Assembly (NCBI GenBank): GCA_016191875.1 | Contig: JACPVG010000029.1 | Span: forward strand, 272,237 to 336,236 | Source: Chloroflexota bacterium | Lineage (GTDB): Bacteria > Chloroflexota > Anaerolineae > Anaerolineales > UBA11579 | Reading direction: 5' to 3' | DNA: 64,000 bases | Part shown: positions 44,003-54,433 of the stretch, piece after piece | How positions within the stretch are numbered: the stretch's first letter is position 1 | Layout of the letters: each line of letters starts with the position of its first letter | Made by a program: the position numbers and the translations under genes | The notes under the pieces: generated by a model | What the model saw: only the letters and a program-made list of their open reading frames with translations | The model's database searches: none | Told to the model about the DNA's origin: nothing

Positions 44003-46291
44003 ATGTCCCGTTACATTGCCACTCGCGCCATCCGTGGCGCCAGCGCACTGGTAGCTGAAGCCGAATGGATGCTCGATCGGGCGTTGACCGAAAAGGGCGG
44101 GGAGACGAAGGTCGAGTTTCCCAACACCGCCTATCACCTGCCGCTGATTCTGGGCATGACCGGGCAGGAAGTGTCACGGCTCGACCAGCTTGGGCCGGTC
44201 TTGAACCACGCCCGCCAGTTGCTGCATCCATTGCCGTCAGCGGATACCTGGACACCCTACCTGGGTGAGACTCTCGACAGCGGCATGGCCACCCTGTTGG
44301 CCGCCGAGGCGATTGAGGCTATTCGTTTCGTCTATGGCGATCAGCCGGAGTCCATGCCGGGCTTTCACTTGGCCGGGGGGACAGCCTTCACCAGCCCGGA
44401 CAATGGTTCCGGAGCCAACGGCAAGGACGGCCATCTCAATGGCCCGATCGATGACATCCAGCTGCGGTCGTGGGGCATCCAGCTGGTGGATGGGCGCATG
44501 CCGGGATTCGCAGCCATCGTTGGCGCGGCTAAATCCAATGAAGTCGCAGTGAAACTGGTGCGTGAACTTCAGCGTCGCAATATCCTGACTTTCCTCTCAG
44601 GCAATGTGAATGGACGCAGCATCATCCACCAGTTGATCGAAGAGGGTGTGGAACTGGGCTATGACACCTATACCGTCCCGTTCGGCACAGACACCATCAG
44701 CGCCATCTATGCCCTGGGTTTTGCCACCCGCTCGGCGCTCACGTTTGGCGGGCTCAAAGCCGGCCGGGCGCGCGACATCCTGCTCTATAACCGTGAACGA
44801 GTGTTTGCATTCGTACTGGCGCTGGGCGAGGTGGACGACCTGAAGTACGCCGCCGCCGCCGGGGCGATTAACTTCGGGTTCCCGGTGATCGCGGATACGG
44901 TCATCCCGCAGATCCTGCCGACCGGCGTGACCCAGTACGAGCATGTGGTCAGCATGCCTTTCAACGAGATCGAAGGCGCCGACGACCTGGAGCGGGCAGA
45001 GCGGCTGGTGCAGAAGTGCATCGAAGTGCGTGGCGTTAAAGTTCGCGTGGCCGATGTCCCGGTGCCGGTGCCTTACGGCTCGGCGTTCGAGGGCGAGGTC
45101 GTTCGCCGGGCGGACATGCGGATTGAATTCGGCGGCAAGAATTCGCGCGCCTTCGAGTATCTCCAGATGGCCGATCTCGACGAGATTGTGGATGGCCGCA
45201 TCGATGTGGTGGGCCCCGGCATCGAAACAGTCGAGGCGCAGGGAACCATGGACCTCGGTATCGTCATCCAGGTGGCCGGACGCGAAATGCAAAAAGATTT
45301 CGAGCCGGTGCTCGAGCGCCAGATTCATTATTTCATTAACGGCGCGTCAGGTGTGCAGCACATCGGCCAGCGCGACATTACCTGGATTCGTCTCTCCAAC
45401 GCGGCGGCAGAAAAGGGTTTTGGCCTGGAACACTTTGGCAAGATCCTGCATGCCCGCTTCCACGCCGATTTTGGCGCCATAGTGGACAAGGTGCAGATCA
45501 CGCTCTATACCGACAAAACCGAGATCGAAAGTTGGCTGGCGAGGGCGCGTGAGTCGTACGACTTCCGCAACAAGCGCCTCGCTGACCTGACCGACAACGC
45601 AGTGGAAGAGTTCTATTCCTGCACGCTTTGCCAGTCGTTCGCCCCGGATCATGTGTGCATCGTCAGTCCGGAGCGGTTGGGGCTGTGCGGGGCCTACAAC
45701 TGGCTGGATTGCAAGGCGTCGTTCAGCATCAACCCCACCGGTCCCAACCAGCCCATCTGGCTTGGGAAACAACTTGACCTGGCGAAAGGCTATTGGGAGG
45801 GGACGAACGAGTATGCCAAGGTCGGTTCGCATGGCGTGGTCAGCGAAGTCGCCATGTACTCGATCATGGAAAACCCGATGACGGCCTGCGGCTGTTTCGA
45901 GTGCATTGTGATGCTCATCCCCGAGGCCAACGGCGTAATGGTCGTGAACCGCGAGGACATCGGCATGACGCCGGCCGGAATGACCTTCTCGACTCTGGCG
46001 GGCATCGCCGGCGGCGGCCTGCAAACCCCGGGCGTGATGGGCGTGGGCAAATTTTACCTGGTCAGCCCCAAGTTCATCTCCGCGGACGGCGGGTTCAAGC
46101 GGGTGGTATGGATGAGCAGCATCCTCAAGGAAACCATGGCCGAAGAACTACAGGCTGTAGCGGAACGGGAGGGCGACCCGGATCTGATCGGTCGCATCGC
46201 AGATGGAAAGAGCGCTGCAACCGTAGAAGATCTGATGGCCTGGCTGGAGGAACACAACCATCCGGCGCTGCTGCTGCCACCGATTTTCTAA
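44003..46291 (+). CDS. acsB: Acetyl-CoA synthase (CODH/ACS alpha, A-cluster subunit)
   Basis: VEFPNTAYHLPLI and CTLCQSFAPDHVCIVSPERLGLCGAYNWLDCKA. A-cluster ligands ACGCFEC. Confidence 0.95.
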   Translation: MSRYIATRAIRGASALVAEAEWMLDRALTEKGGETKVEFPNTAYHLPLILGMTGQEVSRLDQLGPVLNHARQLLHPLPSADTWTPYLGETLDSGMATLLAAEAIEAIRFVYGDQPESMPGFHLAGGTAFTSPDNGSGANGKDGHLNGPIDDIQLRSWGIQLVDGRMPGFAAIVGAAKSNEVAVKLVRELQRRNILTFLSGNVNGRSIIHQLIEEGVELGYDTYTVPFGTDTISAIYALGFATRSALTFGGLKAGRARDILLYNRERVFAFVLALGEVDDLKYAAAAGAINFGFPVIADTVIPQILPTGVTQYEHVVSMPFNEIEGADDLERAERLVQKCIEVRGVKVRVADVPVPVPYGSAFEGEVVRRADMRIEFGGKNSRAFEYLQMADLDEIVDGRIDVVGPGIETVEAQGTMDLGIVIQVAGREMQKDFEPVLERQIHYFINGASGVQHIGQRDITWIRLSNAAAEKGFGLEHFGKILHARFHADFGAIVDKVQITLYTDKTEIESWLARARESYDFRNKRLADLTDNAVEEFYSCTLCQSFAPDHVCIVSPERLGLCGAYNWLDCKASFSINPTGPNQPIWLGKQLDLAKGYWEGTNEYAKVGSHGVVSEVAMYSIMENPMTACGCFECIVMLIPEANGVMVVNREDIGMTPAGMTFSTLAGIAGGGLQTPGVMGVGKFYLVSPKFISADGGFKRVVWMSSILKETMAEELQAVAEREGDPDLIGRIADGKSAATVEDLMAWLEEHNHPALLLPPIF

Positions 46292-46310
46292 GCGATACAG
46301 GGAAACTGGT

Positions 46311-46844
46311 ATGGAAGAAAACCGCACAGACAGGAAATTGGTGCGCGACCTGATGAAGGTTGGGGTCGTCACCTGCCTGCCGGATACCCCGCTTGCCGAT
46401 TTGGTGGGGGTGTTCCTGGAAGGGGATGTCGAGGCGGTGGCTGTGCTGAACACCGACCGGCACTGCCTGGGCATCGTCACCCAGGATGATCTCCTGGAGG
46501 CTTACATCGCTGGCGATTATGCCGGTTTGCAAGCCGGCGATCTGCTGCGCGAAGAGATTCCCCGGGTCCCGCCGGATATACCGCTCGAAGCCGCGGCCCA
46601 AATCATGCGCGACCGACACGTGCGGGTTGTGTACCAGATGCATCATGCCGGTGGTTGGGAGTATCCCGCGGCTGTGCTCACATATCGGCATTTCCTGCGG
46701 CACATGGCGGCCCAGTCTGGCCTGGACGACCTGAGCGACTTGGGACTGCAAGCCAAACGTGAATTGCCGCTCGATTCGTTCATCCGGCGCAGGGATACGG
46801 CGCGGCGGAAGGCAAGCGGGCCGGACAAGATGGAAGACGGATAG
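46311..46844 (+). CDS. CBS-pair domain protein
   Basis: LVRDLMKVGVVTCLPDTPLADLV...AVAVLN...LGIVTQDDLL and a second CBS repeat. It lies between acsB and acsD. Confidence 0.8.
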   Translation: MEENRTDRKLVRDLMKVGVVTCLPDTPLADLVGVFLEGDVEAVAVLNTDRHCLGIVTQDDLLEAYIAGDYAGLQAGDLLREEIPRVPPDIPLEAAAQIMRDRHVRVVYQMHHAGGWEYPAAVLTYRHFLRHMAAQSGLDDLSDLGLQAKRELPLDSFIRRRDTARRKASGPDKMEDG

Positions 46845-46879
46845 ACCGTCCGGCCGCGTGATGAACCATAGGAGGCAGC

Positions 46880-47854
46880 ATGCCGATTGAGATTCCCAAA
46901 GACAAATGGCCCGGAAAGATCAGGACCGTGACGCTGGGCGCGACCAGCGAGCAGGGTGGGAGCCGGGGGAAGACCGTGACCTTGGGGGGCGCATCGACGC
47001 TCCCGTTCATGAATTTCGAAGCTCCCATGCCGCATCCACCCCAGATCGCGTTCGAGTTGCGCGACCGGAGGCCGGACGATTGGTCGGCTGTAGTGCTCGA
47101 TGTATGGGGTGGGGCGGCGGACGACCCGGCCGTCTGGGCCAGGGCTGCCGAAGAGCAGGGTGCAGACCTCCTGCAGCTTTCGCTCAGCCTCACCAACGCG
47201 CAGGGGAACCCGACCACGCCGCAAATGGCCGTGGCTGCGACCCGGAAAGTCCTTGAGTCCAGCAGCCTGCCGCTGATGGTCTACGGCCCTGGCCAAGCCG
47301 AGGCAGACAACGAACTGCTGGTGGCGGTGGCCGAAGCCACCAAAGGCGAGCGGTTGGCCCTAGGAATTTGCGAGGACAAGAACTACCGGACTATCGTGGC
47401 GGCGGCGCTGGCGAATGACCACCTAGTGGTGGCGCGGGCGCCCATGGATGTGAACCTTTCCAAGCAACTGAACATCCTCATCACCGATATGGGCCTGCCC
47501 CCTGACCGCATCCTGATGGACCCGACCTGCGGCGCGCTGGGCTACGGCATTGAGTACGGATATTCCGTGATGGAGCGGCTGCGCCTGGCGGCGCTGCAGG
47601 GCGACTCGATGACCCAGAACCCGATGACGGTGAGTGTGGGCTTTGAGAGCTGGAAGACCAAGGAGGCCAAGGTCGGCGCGGATGTCCCGTCTGCGTGGGG
47701 GGAGTGGACTGAGCGCGGCATCCAATGGGAAACACTCACGGCTGTCACGCTGCTGGAAGCCGGAGCCGACCTGGTGATCCTGAGGCACCCGGAAAGTCTG
47801 CGCCGCGTGCGACTAGCCATTCAGGACCTGGCATCCATCGCCCAGGCTGCTTAA
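46880..47854 (+). CDS. acsD: Corrinoid iron-sulfur protein small subunit
   Basis: MPIEIPKDKWPGKIRTVTLGA...TLGG. TIM-barrel CdhD/AcsD-like pattern and operon position. Confidence 0.9.
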   Translation: MPIEIPKDKWPGKIRTVTLGATSEQGGSRGKTVTLGGASTLPFMNFEAPMPHPPQIAFELRDRRPDDWSAVVLDVWGGAADDPAVWARAAEEQGADLLQLSLSLTNAQGNPTTPQMAVAATRKVLESSSLPLMVYGPGQAEADNELLVAVAEATKGERLALGICEDKNYRTIVAAALANDHLVVARAPMDVNLSKQLNILITDMGLPPDRILMDPTCGALGYGIEYGYSVMERLRLAALQGDSMTQNPMTVSVGFESWKTKEAKVGADVPSAWGEWTERGIQWETLTAVTLLEAGADLVILRHPESLRRVRLAIQDLASIAQAA

Positions 47855-47870
47855 CCCAAGGAGATCGCTC

Positions 47871-49214
47871 ATGGCGCTCAGTGGAATCGAGATCTACAAG
47901 TTGCTACCGCAAACCAACTGCAAGGACTGCGAGTTCCCCACCTGCCTGGCCTTCGCCATGAAGCTGGCCGCCAAACAGGTTGAACTCTCCGCTTGCCCTC
48001 ATGTGTCGGAAGAATCGAAAGCCCGACTGGCAGAGTCGGCTGAACCGCCCGTTCGGCTGATCGAGATTAAGGCGAATGGAAATTCCATCCAGGCCGGCAA
48101 CGAGATCGCCCTGTTCCGCCACGAAAAGACCTTTTACCACAAGCCGGGTCTGTTCGTGCGGTTGCGGGACGATATGGAGTCCGCAGCGCTCATCGGCGTC
48201 GTTAGGGCGGTTGATGCTTACCGTGTGGGCTATGTGGGCATGGATCTGACCGTCGACGGTTTCGCCGTCGAAGCCTGCCGGGGTGACAAGGAGGCCTTTG
48301 CAGAGACAGTAGCATCCGTGCGGCAGAATACCCGGCGACCATTAATTTTGATGAGCCGGGACGCTGCCATGATAGCGGCGGGCCTGCGCGCCATAGATGG
48401 TGAAAATCCGCTGCTCTATGCCGCCGACGAAACCAACTGGGAGGCCATGACCGAACTGGCCGCCGAGCACAAGGCGCCGCTGGCGGTGGTCGCCCCGACG
48501 CTGGAAGGGCTGGCCGACCTCACTCAGAAGGCCAAAGATAAGGGCGTGATGGACCTGGTGATCGATCCCGCTGCGCGCGATTTCAGTGAGTCGCTGGCGC
48601 GCGCTACCCAGATCCGCCGGCTTGCAATCAAGCATAATTTCCGCCCGCTGGGTTTCCCGCTGATCGCATTTCCGGGGGAATGCGATGATCTCGTAAAGGA
48701 GGCCATGCTGGCCGCGCAGGCCATTGCCAAATACGCAGGGTTTATCGTGCTTGACCACTTTTCAGCCGAGGCGTTCTACCCGTTGCTGGCGTTGCGAGAG
48801 AACATCTACACCGATCCGCAAAAACCGATCCAGGTGCAGCCGGGTTTGTACGAGTTCAACAACCCCACTCCGGAAAGTCCGGTGCTGGTCACTACCAATT
48901 TCAGCATCACTTATTTCAGCGTTGCCAACGAAGTGGAGAGTTCCGGGATGCCCGCCTGGCTGGTGGTGGCGGACGCTGAAGGGATGAGCGTGCTGACTGC
49001 CTGGGCGGCCGGCAAATTCGACGCCGAGCGCATTGCCAAAGATGTCAAACGGTTTGAGGTGGCAGGTAAGGTAACGCGCCGGCGCATCGTGCTGCCGGGG
49101 CAAGTGGCGGTGTTGTCTGGCGAGCTGGAAGAAGAACTCCCGGATTGGGAGGTAAAAGTCGGCCCGCGCGAGGCTGTTGACCTCCCCGCCTACATGAAGC
49201 AGGTACTCCTCTAG
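47871..49214 (+). CDS. acsC: Corrinoid iron-sulfur protein large subunit
   Basis: The N-terminal [4Fe-4S] motif LLPQTNCKDCEFPTCLAFAMKLA...CP is typical of AcsC/CdhE. Confidence 0.9.
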   Translation: MALSGIEIYKLLPQTNCKDCEFPTCLAFAMKLAAKQVELSACPHVSEESKARLAESAEPPVRLIEIKANGNSIQAGNEIALFRHEKTFYHKPGLFVRLRDDMESAALIGVVRAVDAYRVGYVGMDLTVDGFAVEACRGDKEAFAETVASVRQNTRRPLILMSRDAAMIAAGLRAIDGENPLLYAADETNWEAMTELAAEHKAPLAVVAPTLEGLADLTQKAKDKGVMDLVIDPAARDFSESLARATQIRRLAIKHNFRPLGFPLIAFPGECDDLVKEAMLAAQAIAKYAGFIVLDHFSAEAFYPLLALRENIYTDPQKPIQVQPGLYEFNNPTPESPVLVTTNFSITYFSVANEVESSGMPAWLVVADAEGMSVLTAWAAGKFDAERIAKDVKRFEVAGKVTRRRIVLPGQVAVLSGELEEELPDWEVKVGPREAVDLPAYMKQVLL

Positions 49215-49225
49215 GGTGATCTGGG

Positions 49226-51157
49226 ATGGCCGGTCACACCATTCGGTTCAGTCCGCAAGGCCGGGTCACTGAGGCGCCTACCGGGACGCTACTGAGTGAG
49301 GCCGTGGCGCGGGCCGGGATTGACCTGGTGCAGCCCTGCGGTGGACAGGGCCGCTGTGGCCGGTGCGTGGCGCAGGTGTGCTCGGGGGAAATCCGGGCGC
49401 GTAGCACATTGCGGCTTTCCGAGGCCGACCTGGAAGCGGGCTATGTGCTGGCCTGTCAGGCTGTGGTGGAGGGCGACGCTGAGATTTCGATTCCCCCCCA
49501 GGAAGAACTCACCCGACACCTAACCAGTGACCGGACTGCTGGAGCGGTTTCGCTGCCGCAAGGCTATGATCCCCAAAGTAGTCAGACCATCCGGCGCATC
49601 CATCTGGATATCGCGCCGCCCAGCACTGACGACCAGACCGATGACTGGAGCCGCCTGCTGGGCGCGCTCCGGCGGCAGGCGAGCATTGGGAATATCTCGG
49701 CTGACCTCAACCTGCTGAGGCGGCTCGGCGTAATCCTGCGCGCATCGGGATGGCGCGTTGTCATCGTACTCGATCAACCTGTTCAGAACGGCAATGCACG
49801 GCTGTTGGACATCGGCCCGCCGGAAACTGATGAAATGCCGCTTTACGGAATCACTGTGGATATCGGCACGACGACGGTGACCGTGTGGCTGGTGGATCTG
49901 CTAACAGGCGACGTGAAGGCCCAGGCATCCGAATATAACCAGCAGATACGCCGCGGTGAAGACATCATCGCGCGCATCATCTACGCCAGCAAGAACGATG
50001 GCGGCCATGAACTGCGTCAGCTCGTCCTGCAAACGATCAACGGACTGGTCGATACCGTCTGCCAGCGGGCGCGTACCCGGCCGGAACACGTCGTCAAGGC
50101 GGCGGTGAGCGGCAACACAACGATGTTACATCTGTTGCTCGGGATCCCGCCTGCCAGCATCCGTCTTACGCCATTTGTGCCGGTCGTCAACCAGCCCCCG
50201 CCTTTGACCGCGGCCGAAATCGGCCTGGAGATTCACCCCCGCGCCACGGTGGATTGTCTTCCGGGCGTCGCCAGTTACGTAGGAGCCGACATCACCGCCG
50301 GGACGTTGTCTTCCGGGTTGGAGCATGCCGAGACAACCAGCCTGTTCATCGACGTGGGCACCAATGGGGAAATCGTGCTCGGCTCACGGGAATGGCTCAT
50401 TGCCTGCGCCTGTTCGGCCGGACCGGCGTTTGAAGGCGCCGGCGTGCGGGACGGTATGCGCGCCACCAAAGGCGCCATCGAGGAAGTCTGGATCAGTTCA
50501 GAAACGCTGGAGCCGACCTGCCGGGTAATCGGCGGGGGCAAGCCGCGCGGCCTGTGCGGCAGCGGGCTGATCTCGCTCATCGCCGAACTGTTCTTGAACG
50601 GCCTGCTGGACAAAGCCGGGAACGTCAACGTGGGCATTGAACACCCTCGGCTGCAGATGGGAGAACATGGCGCGGAGTACGTGCTGGTGTGGGCGGAGGA
50701 TACCGTCCATGGGGAGAATATTGTTCTCAACCACGTTGACGTGGATAACCTGCTGCGCGCCAAGGCCGCCATCTACGCCGGCTTCAGCGTGTTGGCGGAG
50801 AGCGTGGGCATGCCGCTGGAAGAGGCGCAACAGGTTCTGGTTGGCGGATCTTTTGGGCAGTATATCAACGTCGAAAAGGCCATCGAGATTGGCCTGTTTC
50901 CTGACGTTGCCTGGGAGAAATTCAAATTTCTTGGCAATACATCGGTACAGGGCGCCTATCTGGCGCTGATCGACCGGAAAGCGCGGCAGAAAATCGCGGA
51001 CATCGCCGCCCGCATGACCTACCTGGAACTCTCGGCTGACAACACCTTCTATGAAGCGTTCACTTCAGCGCTCTTCTTACCTCATACGGATATGAGCCGC
51101 TTCCCATCCGTCGCGCAAAAGCTGGCGCGACCTCAGGAAAAGGAACGAGCGCCGTGA
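49226..51157 (+). CDS. acsV: Corrinoid activation/regeneration protein (RACo/AcsV; 2Fe-2S ferredoxin + ASKHA ATPase)
   Basis: N-terminal CGGQGRCGRCV plant-type ferredoxin. ASKHA motifs VDIGTTTV and IDVGTNGE. Confidence 0.85.
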   Translation: MAGHTIRFSPQGRVTEAPTGTLLSEAVARAGIDLVQPCGGQGRCGRCVAQVCSGEIRARSTLRLSEADLEAGYVLACQAVVEGDAEISIPPQEELTRHLTSDRTAGAVSLPQGYDPQSSQTIRRIHLDIAPPSTDDQTDDWSRLLGALRRQASIGNISADLNLLRRLGVILRASGWRVVIVLDQPVQNGNARLLDIGPPETDEMPLYGITVDIGTTTVTVWLVDLLTGDVKAQASEYNQQIRRGEDIIARIIYASKNDGGHELRQLVLQTINGLVDTVCQRARTRPEHVVKAAVSGNTTMLHLLLGIPPASIRLTPFVPVVNQPPPLTAAEIGLEIHPRATVDCLPGVASYVGADITAGTLSSGLEHAETTSLFIDVGTNGEIVLGSREWLIACACSAGPAFEGAGVRDGMRATKGAIEEVWISSETLEPTCRVIGGGKPRGLCGSGLISLIAELFLNGLLDKAGNVNVGIEHPRLQMGEHGAEYVLVWAEDTVHGENIVLNHVDVDNLLRAKAAIYAGFSVLAESVGMPLEEAQQVLVGGSFGQYINVEKAIEIGLFPDVAWEKFKFLGNTSVQGAYLALIDRKARQKIADIAARMTYLELSADNTFYEAFTSALFLPHTDMSRFPSVAQKLARPQEKERAP

Positions 51158-52059
51158 AGCTCACTGGCCTGCATTTCCTGCTCACGTTGCGCTGCAGCCG
51201 GAGTTGCGACCACTGTTTCGTGTGGGGCAGCCCCCATCAGCAAGCAGTGTTCCGCGTCGAGCAGATTCAGGAGGCCCTGCGGCAGGCCGCGGAAATTCCG
51301 GGACTGGAGACGATCTATTTTGAAGGCGGCGAGCCCTTCCTGTATCAGGAGCTTCTGGCGGAATCGGTACGGATTGCCAAGAGGATGGGTTTCTGGGCGG
51401 GAATCGTCACCAATGGCTTCTGGGTGACCTCGGCGGAACATGTACGGGAAACCCTTGTGCCGCTGGCCGCCGCGGGACTGGACCAGTTGGAGGTGTCCCG
51501 GGATTCCCTGCACGACAACATGGGATTGGCAACCGGTCTCCTTAAGGACATCGCTCACGAGATGGGCATTCAGGTGGCAATCCTGTATACCGAAGCGCCC
51601 TCTTTGCAAGACCAGCAACCCGGCGATGTGATGTATCGCGGACGCGCCGCAGTGAAGATGACGCCCGGGATGGCCAAACGCTCCTGGTTGCGTTTCACGG
51701 CCTGTGAACATGAGGACCTTGTCAATCCGAGGCGCATGCACCTTGACCCGTATGGGAATCTGCATATCTGCCAGGGTCTGGTCATCGGCAATATCCGCGA
51801 TACCCGCCTGCGGCACATTCTGGCCGCCTACGACCCGGAAACTCACCCGGTGGTATGGCCGCTCCTGATGGGCGGCCCCGCCCAGTTGGCCGAGACTTAT
51901 CAGCTCGAAGTCCAACCTGGCTACGTGGATGCCTGCCACCTGTGCTACGAACTGCGTGAGCAACTTCGCTCTCGCTATCCACACTACCTGGTCCCGGAGG
52001 CCCTCTATGGCTTTCCAGAGTCACCGGGCATCAAAACGGATGCTGAACTGAGGAAATGA
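51154..52059 (+). CDS. Radical SAM protein of unknown function (possible auxiliary-cluster C-terminal region)
   Basis: LTLRCSRSCDHCF (CX3CX2C) and YFEGGEPFL. C-terminal Cys residues in ACEHE...HICQG...ACHLC. GTGA overlap with the acsV stop. Confidence 0.7.
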   Translation: MKLTGLHFLLTLRCSRSCDHCFVWGSPHQQAVFRVEQIQEALRQAAEIPGLETIYFEGGEPFLYQELLAESVRIAKRMGFWAGIVTNGFWVTSAEHVRETLVPLAAAGLDQLEVSRDSLHDNMGLATGLLKDIAHEMGIQVAILYTEAPSLQDQQPGDVMYRGRAAVKMTPGMAKRSWLRFTACEHEDLVNPRRMHLDPYGNLHICQGLVIGNIRDTRLRHILAAYDPETHPVVWPLLMGGPAQLAETYQLEVQPGYVDACHLCYELREQLRSRYPHYLVPEALYGFPESPGIKTDAELRK

Positions 52060-52070
52060 AAGGATGAGTC

Positions 52071-53006
52071 ATGTACATCATTGGAGAGAATATCCATATC
52101 ATCTCACCCCACGTAAAGACCGCGCTGGAAGAGAAGGATGCCCGATTCTTCCAGGAGTTGGCCATCAAACAGGTAGAGGCCGGCGCGCAGGCGCTGGACA
52201 TCAACCTCGGGCCGCGCAAGAAAGATGGGGAAGAGGTATTCCCCTGGATGGTGGGGGTCATCGAGCAGGTCGTCGATGTGCCGATCAGTTTTGACAGTAC
52301 GAACATCCTTGGCATCGAAGCAGGACTAAAAAAAATTAACAAATCCCAGCCAATTATTAACTCGACTTCGGCCGAAGAGGAGCGCCTGGAGAAGGTCCCA
52401 CTGGTGGCGAAGAAATACAACGCCCGTCTGATCGCCTTGACAATGGGCAAGAGCGGCATACCTGTGGGCGCCGATGAGCGCGTAAACATTGCGCTGGAAA
52501 AGTTGATTCCCCGCGCTCTGGAAGTTGACCTGCCGATGAGCGACCTGATCATCGACCCGCTGGTGCTAACCGTATCCGGCTGCCAGGAATACTGTCCGGA
52601 ATTGATTCAAGCGATTCGCACGTTGCAATTTGCCTGGGATCCGTCTCCGGCCATCTCGGTGGGCCTGTCAAACGTGTCGAACGCGGTACCGCGCGAGAAC
52701 CGCCCGCTAATCAACCGAATCTACTGCGCCCTGTTGATGGGCGTTGGTCTCAAGATGATGATCGCTGACCCGCTGGATGAGGATCTCAAAGAGACCATCC
52801 GCATCCTGGAAGCGCGCGATGAGAGCACCGCGCTGGGGCGGCTGTACCTGAATCTTCGCGACCGGACGGCCGCTGCCGAAGAGCCCCGGGCCGAGGATTT
52901 CGACCTGGCCGACGCGCAGCAAGCTGCCATCTGGAAGACCGTCCAGATCTTGCTCAACAAGGTCATCTACGCCGATTCGTATCTCGAACAAGAAATGGCG
53001 TCCTGA
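52071..53006 (+). CDS. acsE: Methyltetrahydrofolate:corrinoid/iron-sulfur protein methyltransferase
   Basis: MYIIGENIHIISP and ALDINLGP. Pterin-binding barrel pattern and operon context. Confidence 0.9.
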   Translation: MYIIGENIHIISPHVKTALEEKDARFFQELAIKQVEAGAQALDINLGPRKKDGEEVFPWMVGVIEQVVDVPISFDSTNILGIEAGLKKINKSQPIINSTSAEEERLEKVPLVAKKYNARLIALTMGKSGIPVGADERVNIALEKLIPRALEVDLPMSDLIIDPLVLTVSGCQEYCPELIQAIRTLQFAWDPSPAISVGLSNVSNAVPRENRPLINRIYCALLMGVGLKMMIADPLDEDLKETIRILEARDESTALGRLYLNLRDRTAAAEEPRAEDFDLADAQQAAIWKTVQILLNKVIYADSYLEQEMAS

Positions 53007-53031
53007 GCGCACCCTCGCGCCCTGAGCGCCA

Positions 53032-54411
53032 ATGGAGAACAGAATGTTAGCGGACAAGAAACATGTGGACATCGATGCGCTGCTGGCGAAAGCCAAGAAA
53101 CCGTCCTCAGACGCCATGTTGCTGCATCCTTACTATCGGGGCAAGATCGAGACCACGCTCAAGTGCGTGGTCCGGGACTTCAACGATTTTGCCATCTGGT
53201 ACACCCCCGGCGTGGCCGAACCGTGCAAGGCTATCGCCCAGGATCCAGGGAAAGTCTACGATTACACCAACAAGTGGAACACAGTGGCGGTTGTGAGCGA
53301 TGGAACCCGCGTCCTCGGCCTGGGGGATATCGGTCCTAAGGCCGGCCTGCCGGTTATGGAGGGCAAAGCCCTGCTCTACAAATATCTGGGCGGCGTGGAC
53401 GGTGTGCCAATCATGATCGACACGAAGGATCCCGACAAGATCATCGAGACCGTACTGATGCTCCAGCCGGGCTGGGGCGGCGTCAATCTTGAGGACCTTT
53501 CGCAGCCGAAATGCTTCCGCATCCTGGATACACTGCGGGCTAAAGCCGAGATCCCGGTGTGGCACGACGACCAGCAAGGCACGGCCACCGTCACGCTGGC
53601 CGGGTTGATCAACGCGCTGAAGGTCGTTCAAAAAGAGAAGGAAGATGTGCGCATTGTCTTTGTCGGCTCGGGCGCTTCCAATGTGGCCTGCGCCCGGCTG
53701 ATCTTTGGCTGGGGCGTGGATCCGGCCAAGTGTCTGATGGTTGACAGCAAGGGGATACTGGGTGTCCATCGAACCGACATCGAAACGCGTAAGGCAGAGT
53801 ACCTGGAGAAATGGAAACTATGCCAGACGACCAATGCCGAAGGTCGGCAGGGCGATATTGCCGCCGCGATGGCGAGTGCTGATGTGGTCATCGCCCTGTC
53901 CAAACCGGGGCCGGGCGTGATCCTGCCGGAATGGGTTAAGGGTATGAACGATGACGCAATCGTGTTTGCCTGTGCCAACCCTGTGCCTGAGATATGGCCG
54001 TGGGAGGCGCTGGAAGCCGGCGCCAGGGTCGTCGCCACCGGGCGTTCGGATTTCCCCAATCAGGTGAACAACTCTCTAGGGTTCCCGGGTATCTTCCGCG
54101 GCGCGCTGGATGTGCGCGCCAAGACCATCACAGATGAGATGTGCTATGCGGCTGCCTACGCGCTGGCAGACCATGTGGGCGGCCAGCTCGATGAAGAACA
54201 CATCCTGCCCAATATGGATGATTGGGAAGTGTTCCCGCGCGAAGCCGCGGCGGTGGGGATGAAGGCGCAGGAGCAGGGTCTGGCTGGCCTAGAATGGTCC
54301 TATGACCAGTTGCTTGAACAGGCCATGACAATCATCAAACGCTCACGCGAACAAACCCACGTGATGATGGAAGAGGGGTTTATCGCCCCGCCCCCCGAAG
54401 CCCAGGGGTAG
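53032..54411 (+). CDS. maeB: NAD(P)-dependent malic enzyme (short form, no PTA domain)
   Basis: [52 protein letters not shown]. Confidence 0.9.
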   Translation: MENRMLADKKHVDIDALLAKAKKPSSDAMLLHPYYRGKIETTLKCVVRDFNDFAIWYTPGVAEPCKAIAQDPGKVYDYTNKWNTVAVVSDGTRVLGLGDIGPKAGLPVMEGKALLYKYLGGVDGVPIMIDTKDPDKIIETVLMLQPGWGGVNLEDLSQPKCFRILDTLRAKAEIPVWHDDQQGTATVTLAGLINALKVVQKEKEDVRIVFVGSGASNVACARLIFGWGVDPAKCLMVDSKGILGVHRTDIETRKAEYLEKWKLCQTTNAEGRQGDIAAAMASADVVIALSKPGPGVILPEWVKGMNDDAIVFACANPVPEIWPWEALEAGARVVATGRSDFPNQVNNSLGFPGIFRGALDVRAKTITDEMCYAAAYALADHVGGQLDEEHILPNMDDWEVFPREAAAVGMKAQEQGLAGLEWSYDQLLEQAMTIIKRSREQTHVMMEEGFIAPPPEAQG

Positions 54412-54433
54412 ACAAGAAAGCGAGAGGTGCAGC

